A stretch of DNA of 64,000 bases. It comes from an uncultured Ruficoccus sp. (GTDB lineage: Bacteria > Verrucomicrobiota > Verrucomicrobiia > Opitutales > Cerasicoccaceae). The notes under the pieces were generated by a model. It was not told the DNA's origin. It ran no database searches and worked only from the letters and a program-made list of their open reading frames with translations. The DNA lies in contig OZ223473.1 in NCBI GenBank assembly GCA_965140785.1, positions 3,591 to 67,590 of the forward strand, given 5' to 3'. Made by a program: the position numbers and the translations under genes. Shown piece by piece: positions 53,183-64,000 of the stretch; position 1 is the stretch's first letter; every line of letters begins with the position of its first letter.

Positions 53183-53269
53183 GGTCACGACGCACGCGAA
53201 GAAAGCACAAAGGACACGAAGTTTACGTTGGCATGGTTCGACCCTGCCCTCTTCGTGCTCTTCGTGACC
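53183..53269. repeat. Imperfect inverted repeat of CACGAAG/CTTCGTG units between convergent genes
   Basis: GGTCACGA...CACGAAG versus CTTCGTGCTCTTCGTGACC. Confidence 0.6.
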
Positions 53270-53285
53270 AGAGCGTCTTAAAAAC

Positions 53286-54488
<1,203 letters not shown>

Positions 54489-54704
54489 GGGATCGATCGT
54501 GTTCAAGTGGGGGTAAGTCGCCGGACGGATACCAATCGTCCGCCCTTGGCTCAAAGCGATTTTTTCTAAGGTTTGGCACCCGAAAAATCAATGCCGTTCG
54601 AGTATTTTCGCCTGTAAATTTGAACTGATAGGCAAGCTGATGTATGCTTGGCCGTCCCGCTCCCCTCCGCTCTTTCGGAACATCGCGTCGCCCTTATCTA
54701 TGTA

Positions 54705-55175
54705 ATGAGAAAAAGTTATACTTATCTTGCTTTCATCGCCCTGTCGCTGGCCGGCGGATTGCTCATCGGCTATATTTTTCGCGCTGGAAGCTGGTACGCG
54801 GCCTTGGAGAAACCGGTCTTTAATCCGCCGGGCTGGGTTTTCGCGCCGGTATGGACCGTGCTCTATATCCTGATCGGTATCGCGGGCGCACGCGTTTTTC
54901 TCAACCGCAGCATGCCCCTTCCAAGAGCGGCGGCCATTCGCGGCCTGTGGATCGGGCTGCTGGCTCTGAATTTCATGTGGACGCCGCTGTTCTTCGGGCT
55001 GCAATGGCCGGCAGTCGCGCTCGGCGTTGTGGCACTGCTCTTCGCGGGGATCGTAGCCTTCATTATCGCCTGTTGGTCACGGGACCGCACCGCCGCCTGG
55101 CTTTTCGTCCCCTACGCGGCCTGGATCGGATTCGCCACCGTGCTTAACGCCGCCATCGTCGTCCTCAACCGCTGA
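54705..55175 (+). CDS. tspO: TspO/MBR-family membrane protein
   Basis: WYAALEKPVFNPPGWVFAPVWTVLY, LNFMWTPLFF, PYAAW. Confidence 0.93.
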   Translation: MRKSYTYLAFIALSLAGGLLIGYIFRAGSWYAALEKPVFNPPGWVFAPVWTVLYILIGIAGARVFLNRSMPLPRAAAIRGLWIGLLALNFMWTPLFFGLQWPAVALGVVALLFAGIVAFIIACWSRDRTAAWLFVPYAAWIGFATVLNAAIVVLNR

Positions 55176-55319
55176 GGCCTCACCGCTGATCGGTCGGCAC
55201 AATTAATGCCAACTTTTCGGGCAACTCGCGCCCCGACGTCTGCTTGCCGCGCCGCTGCCCACAAACGCACAAAAAACCCGCACGGCTAGTAACCATACGG
55301 GTTTTTCAGGGAAAAGTCA

Positions 55320-55395
55320 TGGAGCCATCCATCGGATTCGAACCGACGACCTGCTCATTACGAGTGAGCTGCTCTACCAACTGAGCTAGGATGGC
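55320..55395 (-). tRNA. tRNA-Thr(CGT)
   Basis: 76-nt cloverleaf GCCATCC...GCTCA-CT-CGT-AA-TGAGC...GGTTCGAATCC...CCA. Confidence 0.97.
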
Positions 55396-55576
55396 CCGCT
55401 GAAAAACGGGTAATCAAACGTCCCTGCCGGGCCCGTGCAAGCCTATTTCTGACTTTTGCGGTTCTGCGGGACAGGCGTCTTTCCGGCTCAGATGGGGCGA
55501 AAGCTCCGTTACTTCATATCAGCCCTGCATCGTGAGAATCATAGATGCCCTCCCGGTACAGCGGCCTTTCTGCCCG

Positions 55577-55600
55577 CGTAGGGGCAAAGGCCCTCATTCG
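55577..55600 (+). repeat. GTAG-REP-like element
   Basis: CGTAG-GGGC-AAAG-GCCC-TCATTCG, related to the inverted copy at 32272-32293. Confidence 0.55.
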
Positions 55601-55695
55601 GATCAAACGCCGAGCGTTTGCCTGTGCCTGCAAATGACGCCGGTCGCACAAAGGCGAACCGGCGTCACTAATCGGGGTAAAGTATCGAAAAAGCC

Positions 55696-56457
<762 letters not shown>

Positions 56458-56488
56458 AGCTTAAAAACTTTGCTGATGATTAATGGCC

Positions 56489-58460
<1,972 letters not shown>

Positions 58461-58462
58461 GC

Positions 58463-59290
58463 TTAGCGTCCTTCGTTCAAAGTTACGAACTGCGTGGTGG
58501 CGTCCTGCCCGTCATGGACGGAGACTTCAGCGGTCGGGGCGTTGGCCCATTCGGCCTGCTTTTCGGCGAGGTAGGCTTTGCCGTGGCCGAAGAACAGCAC
58601 GGAGGCCGGGATCGAGGCGAAGCCGAGGAAGATGAACAGCCCGTAGGCCGAGGCGAGGCACTTGAGGCGGCCGCGCCAGACTTCGTTACGCACGCCCAGG
58701 GACTGGAACATGCTCGTGACCCCGTGGGTCAGGTGCAGGCAGAGCAGCCCCACCGCGATGATATAGAAGATCGAAACGATCGGGCTGGAGAAGCCCTGAA
58801 CCATCATCGCAAACACGTCGAAGTACTCCAGGTGCACGTGGGCGACCTCCACCGGGGCCTGCCCGATGGTCTGGTTGTAGTGCTCCGGCACGACACGCGC
58901 GGTGTACTGCAGGATGTGGAAGATGATGAAGGCGAGGATAATCACCCCGCTCATCGGCATCGTCCGCGCGGCGTAGTCGCTTTCGCGGAAGCCCTGCTTG
59001 GCATAGTTTTGGGGGCGGGCTTCACGGTTTTCCTTCACCAGCAGAATGGCCATAGCGATATGGACGACCACACAGGCCAGCAGAAACGCGCGGATAATCC
59101 ACAGCGTGACCGGGTGACCGGGCAGGTGATGCAGGTGGTAGGCATAGGCGTTGATCATCTCTGGGGGCCCGAAAAATTGCAGGTTGCCCAGCATGTGTCC
59201 GAGGACGAACAACACCAATATGATGCCTGATCCAGCCATCAGGTATTTTTTGACCAGTGAAGGGAGAATTACTTTCTTGGCAGCGCTCAT
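58463..59290 (-). CDS. sdhC: Succinate dehydrogenase cytochrome b subunit
   Basis: KKYLMAGSG, HMLGNL, ARTMPMSG, LHLTHG; upstream of sdhA. Confidence 0.92.
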   Translation of the reverse strand: MSAAKKVILPSLVKKYLMAGSGIILVLFVLGHMLGNLQFFGPPEMINAYAYHLHHLPGHPVTLWIIRAFLLACVVVHIAMAILLVKENREARPQNYAKQGFRESDYAARTMPMSGVIILAFIIFHILQYTARVVPEHYNQTIGQAPVEVAHVHLEYFDVFAMMVQGFSSPIVSIFYIIAVGLLCLHLTHGVTSMFQSLGVRNEVWRGRLKCLASAYGLFIFLGFASIPASVLFFGHGKAYLAEKQAEWANAPTAEVSVHDGQDATTQFVTLNEGR

Positions 59291-59821
59291 GGTTCATGCG
59301 ACGGCCATGGGCAAATCCCATAACCTTTGCTTATGCTGCAACTTGAACGACACACTCAGCAGATGCAACTGTACTAAAGCAAGAAAGCTTAATATAAGTG
59401 CCCTCCTTACGCAGAATTAGATTAGTTAATCAAATCCCAGCATTAGAAACGCGAATGGGTCTCAATTCTATCTTGAACCGTTGGCAGCGAGGCAAATTCC
59501 GGTGCGGGCTTGAACGCGGTAGCCCCGTGTCCAAATGGGATTCCAAGGACTCAATGGCCCCTCCCTGCCCTGCCCGCTTGCCGTACCAACCCACATTGCC
59601 GACGATTCCGGCGGGAGGGAGCCGCTTGAAAAAAACTAATATTGCGCGACAATCACTGGGATAAGGCATTACCCTGCCCTTTGGGGTGCCAACACACCAC
59701 TGGGACCGCTCTGGCCAAGTTTTCCGGACAGGCAAATACATAGCTGCCACAAGCCTCCGGTGGTCACCGGAGCAAGGGTCCTTTTTGCGTATTGAGCGCA
59801 CTCCGGACAGCTCCTTGCTGC

Positions 59822-60292
59822 CTAGCGCCGTTTCAGGACCTCGGTGGTCTCCGCCGACAGTGTCGAGGAGTCTTGGAAGCTGGCAACTTTCCAGGCCGAA
59901 TTCTGTTTGACCAATGTAACCATATGACGGTCCCGGCGATCCTTTGCCCCCCAGTAGGTGTCCTCACCTTCCGGGTCAACCCGAATGTGGCACAAGACAA
60001 CGAGCTGGACCGTTTTGCCATCGGTCGAGTCGCTACGACTCAAAAACTCGTACCAGGTCAACCGGGGCTCACCACCCAGGCGCTTCATGCGCTCGCTGTT
60101 GACCGCGAAAGCCTGGATGGGTTGATCGGTCGCGATGATATTCTTAACCCGTGCACTGTCTCCCTCCAGCAGAGCTGAGACGTAGCTCTTGTAAACCAGA
60201 GCCGGCTGGCTGAAATGGGTCGTGGCATACCCGTAAAAGGCATAGCCCACTCCAGCGAGCAGCAGGAGCAAGATCAGGGTCTTCAGTTTCAT
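59822..60292 (-). CDS. Hypothetical membrane-anchored protein
   Basis: N-terminal hydrophobic anchor; WKVASF tail reminiscent of NTF2-like folds. Confidence 0.55.
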   Translation of the reverse strand: MKLKTLILLLLLAGVGYAFYGYATTHFSQPALVYKSYVSALLEGDSARVKNIIATDQPIQAFAVNSERMKRLGGEPRLTWYEFLSRSDSTDGKTVQLVVLCHIRVDPEGEDTYWGAKDRRDRHMVTLVKQNSAWKVASFQDSSTLSAETTEVLKRR

Positions 60293-60514
60293 GGGCCGAT
60301 GGGGGGGGCAACTCGTCACGGTCTAAAATACCACAGCATGGGCAAATTGCCTATCAGGGGTTTTAGCGAATAAAGACGGTTGATTTTGCTAAGGTTGGGG
60401 CGACATATAGACCTATTTAAAGTAGGCTAAAGTCCTCATACTCAAAAAAAGAGCAAATCGCAAAGCAAAAACTTACGCCCGGATGTTTATTCTCAACGGG
60501 AATCATCTGCATGA

Positions 60515-61828
60515 CTACTCGGCCATGCGGGCCACAGCTTCATCCAGTGAAACCAGGCTCTCATCTCCGTTGGTCAGATTGCGCAGCTTGAGCTTATCCG
60601 CCCCGACTTCTTCCTCACCAAAGATAAGCGCGAAACGCGCGCCGGAGGCCCCGGCGGTCTTGAACTGCTTGCCGAAGCCCTGCTGTTTGAGCGGGTGGTC
60701 GATCTTGAAACCCTGGGCCCGCAGCGTGGCCACCCCGTGCAGCGCGGCGCGGCGCTCGGCCTCGCCGTTGCCGACGACCACGTAGCCGTCGAGCTGGGGT
60801 TTCGGGTCGGGCAGCAGCTTGCAGTCCTCCAGCAGATCACGCAGGGTCACGTCACCCATGCCAAAGCCCACCGCCGGCATCGGCTGGCCGCCGAGCTTTT
60901 CCACCAAATGGTCGTAGCGTCCGCCCCCGGCCAGCGCCCGGCCCCTACCCACCGTCTGGAAGGCCTCGAAAACGAACCCGGTATAATAAGCCAATCCGCG
61001 AACGATCCCCAAATCCACGCGGATAAAGCCGGCCAGGCCCATGGCATCGAGGTGGGCCAGCAGCTCACGCCACTGGTCCAGCCGCTTGAGCACGCGAGCA
61101 CTGCTCTCGATCCCTTTGCCCCGGTCGGCGAAAAACGCTTCCACCGCCTCCAGCGACTCGCACTCGACCAGCCTGGCCGCGTCGGCCAGCACGGCCTCGG
61201 CGCTGGGCACGCCCTTGTCCTGCATCATCTTGAGCAGAGACTCGGGCGACTCGCGCTCCATCTTGTCGATGACGTTGAGCGCGGCGGTGGCGGGATCGCC
61301 GGTTAGGCCGTGCTGTTCAAGCAGCAGCAACCACAAGTCGCGGTCGCTCAGGCGCAGGACGAATTCCTTCTCGCTCAAGCCGAAGGCGCACAGGGTGGAA
61401 ATCAGCAGCGCGATAGCCTCGGCGTCCGCCGCGGGCGAGGATTCACCCAAAATGTCGGCGTTGAACTGGTAGTGCGAGCGCAGGCGGCCCTTCTGCGGTT
61501 TTTCGTAGCGGAAATTCTCGGCAATGCCGAACCACTTGACCGGGCGCTTAATGCTCCCGGCCTTGGCGCCAACCAGCCGGGCCAGCGTCGGGGTCAGCTC
61601 CGGACGCAGGGTGACGGCGCGCCCGCCTTTATCCTCGAAGTTGAAGAGCTGGCTGACAATCTCGTCGCCGCTCTTGGCCGTGATCAGCTCCAGCGGCTCC
61701 AGCAGCGGGCCGTCGAACTCCTGGAAGGCGAAGCGCAGGGCCGACTGCCGCCACACGCCGAAGAGGTAATTGCGGATGGCGCAGTCCTCCGGATAAAATT
61801 CACGAAAACCAGGCAGAGTCTGAAACAT
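60515..61828 (-). CDS. hisS: Histidine--tRNA ligase
   Basis: LPGFREFYP, LRPELTP, FRYEKPQKGRLR, RGLAYYTG, GGGRYD, GFGMGD. Confidence 0.97.
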   Translation of the reverse strand: MFQTLPGFREFYPEDCAIRNYLFGVWRQSALRFAFQEFDGPLLEPLELITAKSGDEIVSQLFNFEDKGGRAVTLRPELTPTLARLVGAKAGSIKRPVKWFGIAENFRYEKPQKGRLRSHYQFNADILGESSPAADAEAIALLISTLCAFGLSEKEFVLRLSDRDLWLLLLEQHGLTGDPATAALNVIDKMERESPESLLKMMQDKGVPSAEAVLADAARLVECESLEAVEAFFADRGKGIESSARVLKRLDQWRELLAHLDAMGLAGFIRVDLGIVRGLAYYTGFVFEAFQTVGRGRALAGGGRYDHLVEKLGGQPMPAVGFGMGDVTLRDLLEDCKLLPDPKPQLDGYVVVGNGEAERRAALHGVATLRAQGFKIDHPLKQQGFGKQFKTAGASGARFALIFGEEEVGADKLKLRNLTNGDESLVSLDEAVARMAE

Positions 61829-61943
61829 AGCGCTCAAAAGCATGCCGCCGACGCCCGTTTGGCAACGGTAAAAAACGCCGGGCACTAGCTCAACCCGTCC
61901 TGGCGAGCAGCGCCCTCTGTTGCCCTGATCAAGCCGTCCGCTC

Positions 61944-62879
61944 TCAGACGCGGGTGTGGCGACGACGCAGGAAAACACACCCCAAAGCAAGTATCCCGAG
62001 GATCAGTGCGACCAGCGAAGGCTCGGGGACCATGGGCAGCGAGAAAACATCCATCTGCCCAACGAGCCACCCCTCAAAATTCTGAGGGTCGGAGTTGTGG
62101 GTCTCGCCGAGCATCCAGCCATTATACGTGCTATCCCATGACACATCGACCAGGTAGTTACTGGCCACTCCGGAATCCGAATCGGTGATCCAAAGCCCCG
62201 TCAGCATATCATCCACCATCTCATAACCCCAGAGAGCAAGCGCATGCGCATGGTTGTTTGCGTGATTAAAGATCACCAGCGAAGACAGGCTGTCCGCCTG
62301 AATGGTGTTGGCCAGCAAGCCCGTGAACAGCGACGGGGCGACGGGCGTCTCTTCATTATAAATATTGGTCAAGGTGTAGATCGTGTCCTTGTTCAGCCCA
62401 AGTTCGGTCCAATAGCCGCCACTGGCCGCGTCCGGCTTCAGTTGCGAGGCACCAGCCAGGTAGGTGAAGACCCCGCAGTACCACCACTGCATGGCGATGT
62501 AGGGCTCGCCGCCCAGATTCGTCCAGCTATCGACAAAGGTCGCGAACACATCCGTCGAGTACGCGGTCTGGGTGACCTGTCCGTTGGGGGTGCCTGCCGG
62601 GATGGTACCGCCGTTTTGCACCCATTGGTCCTGCCAGTTCTGGATCAGATTACTCGCCGCCGCCGCCCAACACAGCTCATTATCTTGGCCGTTGAAAAGC
62701 TTCTGCACCGCATAGCGGGTATCACCGGCATAGGTGCTGCTGACCATATAGGTTTCCGCCCGCAACGCGGATAGCGCCAAAACCATGGCGATCGTCAGGA
62801 GGACAATACGCCCACTCACGTCCGTCCCCTTAGGAACCGCCCACCTCATGTCCAGAGGCTCCGATATTTCTGCGTTCAA
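61944..62879 (-). CDS. IdeS/Mac (C66)-like cysteine peptidase with PEP-CTERM anchor (start uncertain)
   Basis: DNELCWAAAASN, HALALWG, LWITDSDS; VPEPSLVALILG...RRRH anchor. Confidence 0.75.
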   Translation of the reverse strand: MNAEISEPLDMRWAVPKGTDVSGRIVLLTIAMVLALSALRAETYMVSSTYAGDTRYAVQKLFNGQDNELCWAAAASNLIQNWQDQWVQNGGTIPAGTPNGQVTQTAYSTDVFATFVDSWTNLGGEPYIAMQWWYCGVFTYLAGASQLKPDAASGGYWTELGLNKDTIYTLTNIYNEETPVAPSLFTGLLANTIQADSLSSLVIFNHANNHAHALALWGYEMVDDMLTGLWITDSDSGVASNYLVDVSWDSTYNGWMLGETHNSDPQNFEGWLVGQMDVFSLPMVPEPSLVALILGILALGCVFLRRRHTRV

Positions 62880-63043
62880 AGCAATTGCTATCTTATCTTT
62901 CCCGCAGCCGAATGCACGTGCACGGCGACGTGTCTGGCCAGATCAGCCGGCACGTTTGAAACTCAATCTCAATCAACAGCTTAATCTCTTCGCGCTGAGA
63001 TCAAAGCCTTGCATTTATCTGGCTGGCGATAACAATATCTCGC

Positions 63044-63475
63044 ATGAAAAAAGCCCTTCGTATTTTGCTCTCCATCATCATCCTCGGTTTCATCGCCATC
63101 CAGTTTATCCCCGTCGCACGGACCAACCCGCCCGTGCAAGTTGAGCCAAAATGGAACTCACCCCGCACGAAGGAGCTTTTCGCCCGCGCCTGCGCCGACT
63201 GCCACAGCAACCAAACCGTCTGGCCCTGGTACGCGAAGGTGTACCCTGTCTCGGCTTGGGTCGCCGGCCACGTCAACGAGGGACGCGAGCACTTCAACAT
63301 CAATGAAAAGGGCTATGGCCACGCTGACGAGGCCGCCGAAGCCGTCGAGGAGGGCTGGATGCCGCTGGAGAGCTACCTGCCCATGCACCCCGAGGCCAAG
63401 CTCACTCCCGAGGAAAAGAAAGAACTGGCCGCCGGGCTCAAGGCCACGTTCGGGAGCGAAGAGGAGCACGACTGA
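63044..63475 (+). CDS. Haem-binding domain protein (c-type cytochrome)
   Basis: Signal/TM, ARACADCHSNQTVWPWY, GWMPLESYL. Confidence 0.88.
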   Translation: MKKALRILLSIIILGFIAIQFIPVARTNPPVQVEPKWNSPRTKELFARACADCHSNQTVWPWYAKVYPVSAWVAGHVNEGREHFNINEKGYGHADEAAEAVEEGWMPLESYLPMHPEAKLTPEEKKELAAGLKATFGSEEEHD

Positions 63476-63478
63476 TCC

Positions 63479-63760
63479 GTGCCCCCTTCCGAGCCACCCT
63501 CACGCCTCGCGGTCAAGGTCGTACCCTCTTCCTCCCGCAACGCTCCGGCGGGCTGGCTCGGCGAGGCTTTTAAAATCAAAGTCCAGGCCCCGCCCGAACG
63601 CGGCAAGGCCAACAAGGCAGTGACGAAGCTTCTCGCCGAATGGCTCGACGTATCCGAAAACTCGATACACCTGCTCTCCGGCGACACCTCCCCGAGCAAG
63701 GTCTTCGAGATCGAAGGGCTCACTGCGGCCGAGGTGCGCCAACGGCTCGATAAGGTGTGA
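63479..63760 (+). CDS. DUF167/YggU family protein
   Basis: VKVVPSSS, KVQAPPERGKANKAV, SGDTSPSK. Confidence 0.9.
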   Translation: MPPSEPPSRLAVKVVPSSSRNAPAGWLGEAFKIKVQAPPERGKANKAVTKLLAEWLDVSENSIHLLSGDTSPSKVFEIEGLTAAEVRQRLDKV

Positions 63761-64000
63761 TTTTTTGCGGGGCTACGCGGTGCGTGACCGCACTGGACAT
63801 TGAGGGGGACAAGTCCCCCTACGCTCCTTGCAGTTGCTACCCCAGCAACGCACCACGTGCAAAATGGTAGCACCCAGTTTTGATGCTCTGCTCAGCGATT
63901 ACGTGAAACAGCTTTGTTGTTTCACGTAATCGCTGACACGATGCGCAGCATCGAAAGTGCAGGCTCTGCCTGCTGCGGGTGTGGGGCGCACAGCCCCACA
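63761..64000 (+). repeat. Multi-hairpin intergenic element, copy 2 (may run past the window edge)
   Basis: Perfect 19-bp inverted repeat 63892-63910/63918-63936 flanked by blocks shared with 424-664; also shares 63779-63807 with 2937-2965. Confidence 0.8.

Noticed and set aside
59430-59801. ORF in the AT-richer region upstream of sdhC
   Set aside because: No motifs and atypical composition; more likely promoter or intergenic DNA.

Overview
GC-rich bacterial chromosome segment. Gene content (VPEP-type PEP-CTERM proteins, Bat operon, nusA-infB-rbfA-DHH order) suggests Verrucomicrobiota, probably Opitutales; this is inference. It is mostly housekeeping: tilS, serS, glnA, MoxR/Bat operon, dnaX, SRP RNA, nusA-infB-rbfA, rlmN, cysS, thrS, phoH-HD-ybeY-recO, trpB, tRNA-Thr, sdhCAB, hisS. 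About eight genes, including cysS, glnA, dnaX and sdhA, carry frame-disrupting indels, mostly in short homopolymers, which points to assembly errors rather than real pseudogenes. Most interesting items: (1) a ~240-bp structured intergenic element present twice (424-664 and 63761-64000), with conserved anchors but a completely different long perfect hairpin in each copy, related to a GTAG-REP-like family placed at stop codons; (2) a 1.7-kb integrase-less switch module with divergent ribbon-helix-helix genes, one fused to a PD-(D/E)XK nuclease fold; (3) a c-di-AMP (ydaO) riboswitch upstream of ktrB/trkH; (4) an A9 slippage-like site at the gamma/tau boundary of dnaX; (5) an IdeS/Mac-like protease and an NlpC/P60 peptidase with PEP-CTERM anchors; (6) an orphan Nif11-family peptide behind a sigma-54-type promoter. 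No CRISPR array, integrase or transposase was seen.
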